Shown here one piece after another: positions 9,273 to 18,795 of a stretch of 32,885 nt of DNA (its first letter is position 1; every line of letters begins with the position of its first letter). A model generated the notes under the pieces. The model was not told the origin of the DNA, did not search any database, and saw nothing but the letters and a program-made list of their open reading frames with translations. The stretch comes from an uncultured virus (IMG/VR IMGVR_UViG_3300031951_000023) (Duplodnaviria > Heunggongvirae > Uroviricota > Caudoviricetes), in IMG/VR virus record IMGVR_UViG_3300031951_000023. The stretch is one strand, 5' to 3'. Made by a program: the position numbers and the translations under genes.

Positions 9273-10148
9273 ATGATAAACCACATAAGAACATTGTTGT
9301 TAAACCAGTCTGGAAGTAACTCTTTTGGAGAAGACTTCCCTCTAGAAGAATACGTGCCTGAAGGGTTTAGACCGGCAAAGATGTCAGGCCTGTGTAAGAA
9401 CATTTGGCAGACAATTTTTGGAAAAGAACCGGATAGAGCTTATTTGAACTACAGGCTTTTTGAAATAGTCAGATGCCTGGATACCAGTGACCTTTCCCAA
9501 CACGTTACTAAGTTTGATTCAAGAATAACTTACGACCCTTACGAGGCGTCAGAATTTATAAAGGGTTTTGATTCAGTAGAAGTAACCAAGATTCAAAACA
9601 ATACGGCTAAAAAAGGAACGTACACAAAGAAAGAAAACACATTTGTATTTAGCTCTAACGAAGAAAATTTCTTACGAGCAAATAACGAAGAAGACCTGGC
9701 TATATTTATCACAGGAAACTTTAAGCCTAATGACGGCAAAGGCATAGCTTTAAATAAGTGGCGTTTGTATTACCAATCTTCTGACTATATGACCATAGAA
9801 TGCTTGACTGCTCCTGTAAGTGAAGAGAACAGAACTGTAACTTTTCAAAATGGGTTATCTGAAGCTATACCATTAAGACAATCAGATTTGACAGTTAAGA
9901 TAAGAGAGTACGATTATACTACCTGGAATTTAGACGTTTTTTCAAAACCTTTAATAAACATAGCCTCAGTCGTAGCTAACTTAGACGCTCTGCCGCTTGA
10001 ATCTTTAAATTACATATTCTCTGGAAAATACCCTGAGTACGAAGAGTTTAAAACCAGATGGTTTAAAGACGACTCGTTCGTAAATAGAGTTGCTGCCGTG
10101 TCACTAGCTCTCGCTTATAAAATTGAAGAAGAAAGAGAGCAACGATAA
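9273..10148 (+). CDS. Hypothetical protein, probably baseplate-associated
   Basis: 291 aa ORF, coupled to the next gene by TAATG. No recognisable motif. Confidence 0.55.
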   Translation: MINHIRTLLLNQSGSNSFGEDFPLEEYVPEGFRPAKMSGLCKNIWQTIFGKEPDRAYLNYRLFEIVRCLDTSDLSQHVTKFDSRITYDPYEASEFIKGFDSVEVTKIQNNTAKKGTYTKKENTFVFSSNEENFLRANNEEDLAIFITGNFKPNDGKGIALNKWRLYYQSSDYMTIECLTAPVSEENRTVTFQNGLSEAIPLRQSDLTVKIREYDYTTWNLDVFSKPLINIASVVANLDALPLESLNYIFSGKYPEYEEFKTRWFKDDSFVNRVAAVSLALAYKIEEEREQR

Positions 10149-11797
10149 TGTCAAGTAATCAAGCAATTCAACAAGTACTATTTGAAGCTTACTTAGAAAT
10201 AGACTTGGCTGACTATCCCATAGGCGGAGCTGCTCCAGCGCCTAACTTAGTTCAATTAGACATAATAAGGTTTACGGCTAATTATTCTTTGAACGGAATA
10301 CCTACAGCGTCATGCGGCGTGTCCATGGGTTTGGACATGTCGAACCCCAGTAAGACGGCAAAGATACATGAGGTATTTCAAAACCTTACTTACAAGAAAA
10401 AAGCTAAAGTTTTTGTAAAACTGAATAAGGGATACGAGTCAGCTGGTTTAGACGTTACAAAAGACAAGATAACTGACATAGGATATTTTGTTGCTTTTGA
10501 AGGTTATACTTCTGGAGCTGGGTATAGAAGAGGCTCTGCTAGCGTAGAATACACTATATCTTTAGAACACTGGCTGTCTGACATGACAGCTTCTACAGCT
10601 CTTACGCCAGAACTACAGCCTGGAACTCCTTTCACTCATTTATTCCCTTGTGAAACAAGAGCTTCAAGCGCTGGAGTGCTCAGTAACAGGGCTGACAAGT
10701 ATTTTTCAATAAGCGAGACCCCTTCTGACTTATGGGCTAAGGGCCTGTATAGGTTTTTCAATGGAATAGCTGGAAGTGTAATAATCGGTCAAAACGACTT
10801 TTATACAGCTACTAGCAGCTTACCTCCTGACTTAGCCGCGTTGTTTGCCGTTCCCGCTAATACGGATGTAAACAACATAGGGCTTAAAGCTGTAGAAAGA
10901 TTTTTAAAGCCAGGAGAAGACGGATATGTGGCTTTGAGCTTATCTTCAAAAACTGCTACGTCTCAACAAATTCAAATAAATATAGTAAACACTTTAAAGA
11001 AAACAGCCATAGGCGGAATAGACGGTCAAACTTTTTGGGACATACTGGTGTCTGCGGGCGCTTCTTTCATGTTCAATGTAGTTCCTCTAGTGTCTAGAGC
11101 TGTACTGACGCCCAAACTTCCAAATTATAAAAATTCTCTTATAACCGTAAAAGCTACAGAAATAACTAACTTTGATATAACTACATCAATGCCTAGGCTT
11201 ATACGAGGCGTGCTAATGCCAGTAAGCCACGTTAGCGAAGCTGGAGCTTTTTTAGGAGAAAGGTTATTAGGAGCTGCTCACTTTAAATCAGATAAGGGAA
11301 CAGGAACTTTCGTAATACACAAGAGACCTACTTGGCTAGACAACATAGTAGATCCAGCTGAAGCAACTAAACAAGGACCTGGTCAAGTTAGAATAGACGG
11401 GTCTGCTCCTGAAATAAATAACGATGGAATAAAAAATAACCTACAAGCTATAGAGTCTACAGCCGCTAGGTTCGCCAAACTGTCTTATGGCAATGAAGTT
11501 CTTAAATTTAGAGCCGGCACCTTTTCTGGAAAGTTTAGAATGGATATATCTCCAGGCTCCATAGTTAAGATTGAAGCTTCAGGAGCAAGAGGCATACAAA
11601 ACGATACTACTAACGTTAATGACTTTCTAGGTATGGTCAATGAAGTGAATCTTATCCTTGATTCAACTTCAGCTACGGCAATGACTTCATTTTCTTTAAG
11701 TAGCGTAAGGACAGAATCAGAGAATAACGACACGGATCTAGTTTTTGATTCCAATCCGCTTTATGATACGGTTTGGAGCGGTACTTCTCTTGTTTAA
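10148..11797 (+). CDS. Baseplate hub protein (T4 gp27/Mu gp44/P2 gpD-like)
   Basis: N-terminal FTANYSLNGIPTASC...FEGYTSG and C-terminal GKFRMDISPGSIVKI...GMVNEVNL...TSFSLS match hub architecture. Position in the module agrees. Confidence 0.6.
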   Translation: MSSNQAIQQVLFEAYLEIDLADYPIGGAAPAPNLVQLDIIRFTANYSLNGIPTASCGVSMGLDMSNPSKTAKIHEVFQNLTYKKKAKVFVKLNKGYESAGLDVTKDKITDIGYFVAFEGYTSGAGYRRGSASVEYTISLEHWLSDMTASTALTPELQPGTPFTHLFPCETRASSAGVLSNRADKYFSISETPSDLWAKGLYRFFNGIAGSVIIGQNDFYTATSSLPPDLAALFAVPANTDVNNIGLKAVERFLKPGEDGYVALSLSSKTATSQQIQINIVNTLKKTAIGGIDGQTFWDILVSAGASFMFNVVPLVSRAVLTPKLPNYKNSLITVKATEITNFDITTSMPRLIRGVLMPVSHVSEAGAFLGERLLGAAHFKSDKGTGTFVIHKRPTWLDNIVDPAEATKQGPGQVRIDGSAPEINNDGIKNNLQAIESTAARFAKLSYGNEVLKFRAGTFSGKFRMDISPGSIVKIEASGARGIQNDTTNVNDFLGMVNEVNLILDSTSATAMTSFSLSSVRTESENNDTDLVFDSNPLYDTVWSGTSLV

Positions 11798-11808
11798 AGG
11801 ATGGACCT

Positions 11809-12642
11809 ATGCCTGGGATGTACAACATACCTGGAGTAGGTAACCCTAGTCAGCCAACAGGCGGACCTAGGCCTCCTGGAACTGCGCCCGCTCAGCCGAC
11901 TATAAGCCTTGAGCCTGAATATAATAAAATATATGAAGATTGGAAAAGAAATCCTGACATAGCTAACAACGACAGAGTTTTAAAGGCTTTGAAACCCGTA
12001 ATAGATACAGCCGTTAAAACTTACGCTGGAAGCTCGTCAAACCCTATGGTTGGGAGCAAGGCTAAACAAATAGTCATAGACTCTCTTCACAGGTACGACC
12101 CGTCAAAGACTAAGTTAAAAACATTTGTGTTTAATCAGCTGCAAGGATTGAAAAGATTTACTCTGCAAAGCAATCAGATAATAAGTATTCCTGAACAAGT
12201 GCAGTTAGACTACGTAGGTCTTTTCAAAGCAGAGGATGAATTAAAAGAAGAATTGGGAAGACACCCGTCTTTAAGTGAGCTGGCTGACAAGACAGGGCTT
12301 TCTCCAAAAAGAATTGAGTACGTAAGAAAGTTAAGGATGCCTTCTAGCGAAGGAACAGTTTTGAAGCCTATGGCCGGATCAGAAAGCGAAGACTTCAACG
12401 ATCCAGGCGTAAGGCTAATGAAGGATACCAGCAGCGCGGATGGGTGGAGGCAGTTAGTTTATTATGGAGCATCTGATACTGATAAAATAATTATGGAAGG
12501 CGCTTTTGGAATGTTCGGAAGTCCTGTGTTGTCTAATGAAGCTATAGCTAAAAAACTTAGAGTGACGCCAGCAGCTGTAAGCATTAGAAAGAAAAAGATT
12601 CAAGCTGAACTAGACAAGCAATCAGACATAAGACTCATGTGA
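11809..12642 (+). CDS. Divergent sigma-70-family RNA polymerase sigma factor (regions 2-3-4)
   Basis: Region 2.3-like RYDPSKTKLKTFV, ISIPE linker, region 3 ELKEELGRHPSLSELADKTGLSPKRIE, region 4 HTH LSNEAIAKKLRVTPAAVSIRKKK. ATG 11809 preferred over TTG 11773. Confidence 0.8.
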   Translation: MPGMYNIPGVGNPSQPTGGPRPPGTAPAQPTISLEPEYNKIYEDWKRNPDIANNDRVLKALKPVIDTAVKTYAGSSSNPMVGSKAKQIVIDSLHRYDPSKTKLKTFVFNQLQGLKRFTLQSNQIISIPEQVQLDYVGLFKAEDELKEELGRHPSLSELADKTGLSPKRIEYVRKLRMPSSEGTVLKPMAGSESEDFNDPGVRLMKDTSSADGWRQLVYYGASDTDKIIMEGAFGMFGSPVLSNEAIAKKLRVTPAAVSIRKKKIQAELDKQSDIRLM

Positions 12643-12649
12643 GGATAGC

Positions 12650-13084
12650 ATGTCTTCAAAAACAGGCACCAACGTGGGCTCTATTAGCCAGGACTTGGTT
12701 AATCAAATAGATAAGTTGTCAGAACAAAACCAGAAATGTTACGAGGCTAGCCTGACGGGAGTTGGCAGGGTGTGGATGTCTGGCAGCTGGGAAGGAGACA
12801 TGTCTGATGTATCTGGAATGAAAAGCGCTTTTAACAGGGAGCATACAAACTCTTTATTTTCAAAAGCTTTAGACATAGACGATCCAGGAACAAAAGCCTC
12901 GTCTATGGTTTTAAGGTTTCAAAACGACTACATGGCTGCCATGGACAGAGCGTTTAGAACAAGGCACGCTAACTCAATAAGGGCTGAGCTATTTGCGGCT
13001 AATAGAAGGAAGAACGCGGCAAAGTATGTGTTGAGAGAGTCTTCCATAGAGTACGCAAACGAAAAGCTCGCTAGAGGCCAGTAA
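12650..13084 (+). CDS. Hypothetical protein
   Basis: 144 aa ORF with SD (GAGG), tightly packed between the sigma-like and gp25-like genes. Confidence 0.6.
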   Translation: MSSKTGTNVGSISQDLVNQIDKLSEQNQKCYEASLTGVGRVWMSGSWEGDMSDVSGMKSAFNREHTNSLFSKALDIDDPGTKASSMVLRFQNDYMAAMDRAFRTRHANSIRAELFAANRRKNAAKYVLRESSIEYANEKLARGQ

Positions 13085-13086
13085 GA

Positions 13087-13563
13087 ATGAGCACAGTCGC
13101 TGACTATGTCGGTAAGACCATAGACATATTGGCTTTTCAGCCTTCTGCCGCAAACAGACAGCTGAGCCAAGTGTTGTCGGACAATACCAATAGCGGCTAC
13201 ATCTGTACTGGAATAGAAAAGTTGGCGCAAAGATGGACTATAGAATTCTTGACGCCAAGAGGTTCAATACCCTATCTGCCAAACAGAGGATCTTCTTTCA
13301 TAAACAATTTCTCTGCCGGATTCATACGAAACGACTTGGCTGTAAATACTTATTTTGCTGAAGCTAGGTCACAGGTAGCAACTAATCTGCTTATAGAAGA
13401 GTCAGAGACAGACGACCCAGAAGACAGGTATAGAGACGCTCACTTAGATAGTTTTGCCGTAAGACCTGGAGTGTCTTTGGTTTTAAACGTCTCGTTATTT
13501 AACTTGATGGGTTTTTCAAGAAAGTTGACTCTACCCATAAAAGTAACGGCAGGTATTATCTAA
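13087..13563 (+). CDS. Baseplate wedge/sheath initiator, gp25/gpW-like
   Basis: GIEKLAQRWTIEFLTPRGSIPYLPNRGS resembles the gp25/gpW L-T-x-x-G-x5-P-x-x-G motif. Immediately precedes the J-like gene. Confidence 0.75.
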   Translation: MSTVADYVGKTIDILAFQPSAANRQLSQVLSDNTNSGYICTGIEKLAQRWTIEFLTPRGSIPYLPNRGSSFINNFSAGFIRNDLAVNTYFAEARSQVATNLLIEESETDDPEDRYRDAHLDSFAVRPGVSLVLNVSLFNLMGFSRKLTLPIKVTAGII

Positions 13564-15215
13564 TGGCTATAACTTTACCTGATCTGACAACTTTAAACTC
13601 AGATGCCGTAAACCAGGCGCACGCTTACATAGCGCAAAAAATTACTGAGTACGCCCCAAGCATAGACAGCAAGAGAGGCGTTCTGCACGATATCCTTTTT
13701 CATTTTGAGGCAATACTGCAAACAGCTCAGGACGAGTATGCTGACAGGCTTAGGAAGTCAGGCTCTCTTCTAGCTATAAACAACGACCCAACTCTCGCTG
13801 TTGACGACGTTGTTGATCAACTGGCCTCAAACTTTAGAGCAGTAAGGTTTGAAGGTTCTCCGGCTTCAGGAAAAATAGTCATAGTGATAAGCGCGCTAGT
13901 ACCGTCTAGTGTGTCTACATCAAATACCTTTTCATCTCTGGGTAACACTTATGCGCCTCTGCAGTCTTTCTTCGCTAGGACTTCTGCAGACCAGGTAGTT
14001 AATTTCAACGACAGGCTTATAAAGCCTGTTGGAGACGGCACATACTATTATGTGATCGACGCCGTGTCTACTACTAATTCTGTAACGGCAAACATAAAAA
14101 GAAACACTTCTTTAGAGTCAGACTCGGCTATACCTTACTTCTTAACTGCCTATGCAGAGTCTGACTTTTCAGGCGGTTCAGATTATGAGTCTAACTCAGA
14201 TTTTGTAAAGAGACTTCAGACAGGGATATCTGCTAGGGATTTGTCAAACAGGGCAACAATAGAATCTTGCATAAAAGAAAACACTTCTTTCAAAACGGTT
14301 CTAGACGTATCGACTATAGGATTTGGTGATCCAGAACAAATTCGCTACCACAGCATTCTTCCCACGGCTACTGGCAACAGACTTGATGTTTATATAAGAA
14401 GCCAACAGCTGCCAACCTCAAGAAAAATAACAAAGACGGCTACTCTAATAGGAAGAGAAGGCGGCGGAGGCTTGTGGCAAGTATCCATATCCAGGAATGA
14501 CGTGCCTGGGTTTTACAACATAGAAAAAATAATAAAAGCAACTGTGGTAGACAGTGCTTCAGAAACAGGTTTAGGGGTGTACGAAGACATCAGAGGTTAC
14601 GACATATCCGAAGACGGTTCTTCTTTTGTGCCTGACATAGTTAATAGCAAGGAGGCTGCCTATTCTCCTTATCAAACTGCAATTATAAGGTTTATAGACT
14701 TAGAGACTGCGCCTGGCTTAACAGAAGGCGCTACTGCTGAATATTCAATATACGCTCGGGGAATGAATCTTTTACAGAACATACAGAGTTTTTTGAGCAG
14801 TCGTGATGTTAGGCCTGCCGGAGGAGACGTTCTAGTAAAAGCTGCAATACCGTGCGATCTAAAGTTATCTTTTACAATATTTAAAAAGTCAACCGACTCT
14901 AACATAGACGAATCAGCAATTAAAAACGCTTTAGCTAATAGAGTTAACAAGCTGGGGTTTTGCGGAAAACTATCGGCTTCAATACTCCAGTCCACCATTC
15001 ATAGTTATTTGGCTCAAAACCAAACGGTTAGCGCTATAGAAATGTTTGGCGCAATACAAAAGTCTGACTTAACAAAAAAATACTTAAGAAGCTTTGAATC
15101 ACTAATAATTCCTGAAGATCATGAAAACATGATATCGGCTAAAACTGTTGTTTTTATTCTAAGTCCAGACGACATAGGTATTTACATTAAAAACTCTGAT
15201 ACTTCATTAGCGTAA
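13563..15215 (+). CDS. Baseplate J-like wedge protein (gp6/gp47 family)
   Basis: RFEGSPASGKIVI and FSGGSDYESNSDFVKRL (GGxDxEsd signature), plus GFGDPE and GNRLDVYI. Confidence 0.85.
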   Translation: MAITLPDLTTLNSDAVNQAHAYIAQKITEYAPSIDSKRGVLHDILFHFEAILQTAQDEYADRLRKSGSLLAINNDPTLAVDDVVDQLASNFRAVRFEGSPASGKIVIVISALVPSSVSTSNTFSSLGNTYAPLQSFFARTSADQVVNFNDRLIKPVGDGTYYYVIDAVSTTNSVTANIKRNTSLESDSAIPYFLTAYAESDFSGGSDYESNSDFVKRLQTGISARDLSNRATIESCIKENTSFKTVLDVSTIGFGDPEQIRYHSILPTATGNRLDVYIRSQQLPTSRKITKTATLIGREGGGGLWQVSISRNDVPGFYNIEKIIKATVVDSASETGLGVYEDIRGYDISEDGSSFVPDIVNSKEAAYSPYQTAIIRFIDLETAPGLTEGATAEYSIYARGMNLLQNIQSFLSSRDVRPAGGDVLVKAAIPCDLKLSFTIFKKSTDSNIDESAIKNALANRVNKLGFCGKLSASILQSTIHSYLAQNQTVSAIEMFGAIQKSDLTKKYLRSFESLIIPEDHENMISAKTVVFILSPDDIGIYIKNSDTSLA

Positions 15216-15224
15216 TAACAAGGC

Positions 15225-15253
15225 TAGAAATCGTTTGCTGGCTGTGCTAGGAT
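15225..15253 (+). promoter_or_regulatory. Candidate sigma70-type promoter with extended -10
   Basis: TAGAAA (15225-30), 17 nt, then TAGGAT (15248-53) preceded by TGn. Lies in the longest intergenic gap (76 bp), followed by a small hairpin GCAGC-TTTA-GCTGC (15260-73) and SD GGAGGT. Confidence 0.35.
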
Positions 15254-15291
15254 TGTAAAGCAGCTTTAGCTGCAGAATAGGGAGGTTAGTT

Positions 15292-15612
15292 ATGTCAGCA
15301 GAGTTTGAGACCAAGGTGGCTATTCCAACAGAACTCATAAAAGAGTTCATCGACCTTCTCAATAGCAAGGACGGATTCGATAAGTGGAAAGCTATTAATT
15401 TGGGGCTTAAGGTAGCCCAATGGCTAGTTGAAACTTTTGGTGATTCCCAAGTAACCCTGCAAAACAAGGTTCCTGAAGGAAGAGTTACCAAGAAGAAGGT
15501 TGCCGATGCGCTGCAAGGCGTGTTGGACGGCGGTCATTCCGCCAAAGCCATTCCTCTTTGGTTGCTGCCCGTGATAGTTAAGTTGATTACTATCTGGCTT
15601 ACCAAAAAGTGA
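15292..15612 (+). CDS. Small protein with hydrophobic C-terminal helix (membrane-anchored, possibly holin-like)
   Basis: 106 aa, strong SD, C-terminus AIPLWLLPVIVKLITIWLTKK, additional amphipathic segment AINLGLKVAQWLV. Confidence 0.6.
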   Translation: MSAEFETKVAIPTELIKEFIDLLNSKDGFDKWKAINLGLKVAQWLVETFGDSQVTLQNKVPEGRVTKKKVADALQGVLDGGHSAKAIPLWLLPVIVKLITIWLTKK

Positions 15613-15622
15613 GATAAGCAAA

Positions 15623-16711
15623 ATGGCTAGGCCCGGTGTTCCAGATTTTAAAATTCCATCCTTTTCGGTTGAGCATTTCGTATCGACGTGCTCAGAAACT
15701 ATGGACTGGAGTTTAACGGCTTTTGGCATACCTGAATTGTGGCAGCACGCCACAGGCAAAGGTATAAAGGTTGCCGTTCTGGACACCGGATGCGCCATGC
15801 TGCATCCAGATTTAAAAGAACAGATATGCGCCCATAAAGATTTTACAAAAAGTCCTGTAGGCCCTGGAGATTCAAACGGACACGGCACACACTGCTGTGG
15901 AGTAATCGCGGCTAAGAAGAATGGGGTAGGAATAGTAGGAGTGGCTCCTGATGCCTGCCTTATAGTTGGAAAAGTTTTGTCTGACTCAGGAGGAGGCTCT
16001 ACCAAAAATATAGTCGCTGGTATCAAGTGGGCCGTGTCTCAAAAGGCTGACATAATTTCTATGAGTTTTGGCTCTCCGTCTTCTTGCCCTGACATTGAAG
16101 CAGCTTTGAAATACGCGGCTAGTAAAGGAGTTATCCTAATCGCAGCTGCTGGTAACGAAGGCCCTGACCCTGAAACTGTTGGATACCCGGCAAGGTATGA
16201 GACGGTTCTATCCGTAGCCGCTGTAGACTCTAACAACAGAATAGCTAAGTTCTCAAGCAGAGGTCCGCAAGTAGACGTAGCGGCCCCTGGGGTAGACATC
16301 TTGTCAGCATACCCTCCTAAGAACTACGCCAAACTTTCTGGTACTTCTATGGCTACTCCTTTTGTTGCAGGCGTAGCCGCTTTGGCTTTAGAGTATGACC
16401 GGAAGAAAAAGTCTCGCTCTTTGAAGTCTTCAAGAGATTTCATAGAAGCAGTCAAAGCCAGCGCTACAGATGCCGGAACAAACGGATTTGACAATGACTA
16501 TGGCTGGGGTCTTTTAAACCCTAAGAGGCTGGTTTTAAAAGAGCCTAAAGTAGCTTTAGTAAAAAAGAAAAACTGCACTCAAGTAGTCATAGAAGAAAAA
16601 GACTTTGTAAGCGCCAGCAAGCTTAAATTTAGGCAACTCTTTGGTGAAGGCTCGAGGGTTATAGTAGAGCTGGCCATGGATATTAACGCTAAGCCAGGTA
16701 AACATGCATAA
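15623..16711 (+). CDS. S8 family (subtilisin-like) serine protease
   Basis: Intact catalytic triad motifs VAVLDTG, HGTHCCG and SGTSMATPFVAG, oxyanion AAAGNEG, plus YPARY, DVAAPG and GWGLLNP. No signal peptide. Confidence 0.95.
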   Translation: MARPGVPDFKIPSFSVEHFVSTCSETMDWSLTAFGIPELWQHATGKGIKVAVLDTGCAMLHPDLKEQICAHKDFTKSPVGPGDSNGHGTHCCGVIAAKKNGVGIVGVAPDACLIVGKVLSDSGGGSTKNIVAGIKWAVSQKADIISMSFGSPSSCPDIEAALKYAASKGVILIAAAGNEGPDPETVGYPARYETVLSVAAVDSNNRIAKFSSRGPQVDVAAPGVDILSAYPPKNYAKLSGTSMATPFVAGVAALALEYDRKKKSRSLKSSRDFIEAVKASATDAGTNGFDNDYGWGLLNPKRLVLKEPKVALVKKKNCTQVVIEEKDFVSASKLKFRQLFGEGSRVIVELAMDINAKPGKHA

Positions 16712-18207
16712 TGATAAATTTTCCTACCCAGCTGGATGACAAGGGTCAGATCCTCCGACTCCTTGGAGGATTCTGGGAGGAAGTTTATACCGGCAACGAC
16801 TACCTGGCCGAAGCATTAAAAGGACGATGCAATCTAACAAAGCAAACTTTTGAAAGGCTTCAAGAAGCCATAGATTGCAGAAGCAGATTGGACATTCCAG
16901 TATTTAGAAAAGAATACTGGTTAGAGCTGACTATGAAAAAGTCAGTAATATCCGGCCTGGCTAATAATTATGGCGAAGAAAGCTATTACGGAACAACCGC
17001 TGCCAGTTACGGAAGAAGGTCTTCAGGATTTTCTTTTTTTTATCCTCTGCCTGAAGAAATAGTAGATTGCCCCATAATCACAAATAGAATATCCAGCCCT
17101 TCAACTGTTCTATTTAGAAACCTTGATTTTTATATAGACTCAGCCAATCATCGTTTATTCTTCGCTGAGAACCCTTTCAATAATGACAGTTTTGCGCATC
17201 AAACCACAGAAGGAGACGAAGAGATAGTTTTATGGCTTCAATTGCCAAGAATAGACAAAGAATACCTGTACAGCCATTTTGGCTACGTTATAGGACTGTG
17301 GGCTAAGTCTAGTCAGCCATACAAAGATTTGTTGAACAACGTATACGATTCAATGGTTTTAGGCACGTCCATGGGAAAAACTTTGGACGGGATAGCCGCC
17401 ACTACCGGCATACCTCTGGCAAAAGGAAATGAAACCGTAGAAGACATAACTTACGACAGAAATAACTTACTTGTCATTACAAATAAAAATGTTTACAAGT
17501 TTAACAAAAATTCTCAAGCCGTTGTTTCTATCGGTGACTCGTTAAGAGTAGACCAGGAAATGACTGATGGAATTTTAGTGCATGAGTTTAACAGAGGAGA
17601 GGTGCCAGAATCTTTGAAGGGTCTAAACCTTTCAAAAAGATACATGGGAATACAATACATAGGCGACATAGGATTTAATAACGAAGAAGTGCCGGTAGAT
17701 TTTGAGTACGACAGTAATGGAAAAGCCAAGATGAGCTTTTATCTTGGCGGGCATCCTTTTGATGTGGAAGCTTTCTGGGATGACACGCACAAGAGGGGCT
17801 TGGCTATGGCCATGACCCTTGCAGACGCATTCGATAATAGGCCTGTGAAATACGGAGAGCCAGGACCCACTAACGTACCTTCAGTAATCAACCCTTTGAA
17901 ATTTTTGGCCGAAAACGTTTTAAGAAACGGCGCTTTTTTGGTAAAAATAAAGGCAGGATCGGTTAGGCCAGGTTTCGCTGGAATAGAAAATATTACTTAT
18001 TTAAGAAACCTGATACCGCCTCACACAACCATGTTTCTTCTAATAGACTTGCAAGACATTGAAGAAGAAGTGCTGCAAGCTGATTACGAGGATACTGAAG
18101 AGATAGGGTCGTTCACAGGTATGGGAACAACCTTTGAAACAGAAATAACCACAACCGATGTGTCAGACACAATAGTCGCACGCGTTGTGCGGGGAAATTT
18201 GCTGTGA
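16711..18207 (+). CDS. Baseplate wedge protein (gpI/gp7-like)
   Basis: N-terminal LLGGFW, LYSHFGYVIG, C-terminal LRNLIPPHT (the PxH motif typical of wedge/tail-I proteins). First structural gene after the J-like gene. Confidence 0.55.
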   Translation: MINFPTQLDDKGQILRLLGGFWEEVYTGNDYLAEALKGRCNLTKQTFERLQEAIDCRSRLDIPVFRKEYWLELTMKKSVISGLANNYGEESYYGTTAASYGRRSSGFSFFYPLPEEIVDCPIITNRISSPSTVLFRNLDFYIDSANHRLFFAENPFNNDSFAHQTTEGDEEIVLWLQLPRIDKEYLYSHFGYVIGLWAKSSQPYKDLLNNVYDSMVLGTSMGKTLDGIAATTGIPLAKGNETVEDITYDRNNLLVITNKNVYKFNKNSQAVVSIGDSLRVDQEMTDGILVHEFNRGEVPESLKGLNLSKRYMGIQYIGDIGFNNEEVPVDFEYDSNGKAKMSFYLGGHPFDVEAFWDDTHKRGLAMAMTLADAFDNRPVKYGEPGPTNVPSVINPLKFLAENVLRNGAFLVKIKAGSVRPGFAGIENITYLRNLIPPHTTMFLLIDLQDIEEEVLQADYEDTEEIGSFTGMGTTFETEITTTDVSDTIVARVVRGNLL

Positions 18208-18220
18208 GGTGCTTGTAGCG

Positions 18221-18787
18221 ATGAACGCAGAAGTGCAGGGAACAGTATCACTTTACGATATCAACAAGCACGGCTTGTGGACTATCCGATCTACTGAAAG
18301 CAACCAAATACAGTGGAGCTGGGGCGAAATAGCTTGTCATCTTTTTGGTGACGGAAACCCGGACTATAAAATCTCAGCCATGTATGTAGAGTTTGAGAAC
18401 ACTTCTGGAACTCCAACAACTCCAAGCTACACGAGAGACGAAGGAAAAGAATATTACGACACCTTGTACATGTCGGCAACAAAAGATTTTTTAAGAGTGC
18501 CTCTGCTTTCAAGTCCGGCCAAAGGCTTGGCCTCAGGGTATCACGGCATAGCTTTCAATCAATTAACTTTCTTAGCCCAGACAGCCGGTACTCAAGGAGT
18601 ACACGGCAAAACTTTTTCAAATGGCTCGAACAGCAAAGTATACGGTCTTGCCCTTGTGGCCACTCCTTCCTGGAGTGACAGCACTAGAGACGTAGTATTC
18701 GCTAGAAAATATTACGCTACTGCAAACCAGGTAGCCAAGCAGGCTTCCAGCCAAATAGGCGTTAGCTGGATTGAAAAATTCAAGTGA
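18221..18787 (+). CDS. Putative baseplate/fibre-attachment structural protein
   Basis: ATG 18221 with GAGGT upstream. C-terminus VYGLAL...VFARKY...KQASSQIGVSW resembles tail-collar/fibre N-terminal anchor folds. Confidence 0.5.
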   Translation: MNAEVQGTVSLYDINKHGLWTIRSTESNQIQWSWGEIACHLFGDGNPDYKISAMYVEFENTSGTPTTPSYTRDEGKEYYDTLYMSATKDFLRVPLLSSPAKGLASGYHGIAFNQLTFLAQTAGTQGVHGKTFSNGSNSKVYGLALVATPSWSDSTRDVVFARKYYATANQVAKQASSQIGVSWIEKFK

Positions 18788-18795
18788 GGTGAGTA

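Noticed and set aside
15260..15273. Rho-independent terminator
   Set aside because: Only a 5-bp stem with no following U-tract. Kept only as a possible 5' leader hairpin.
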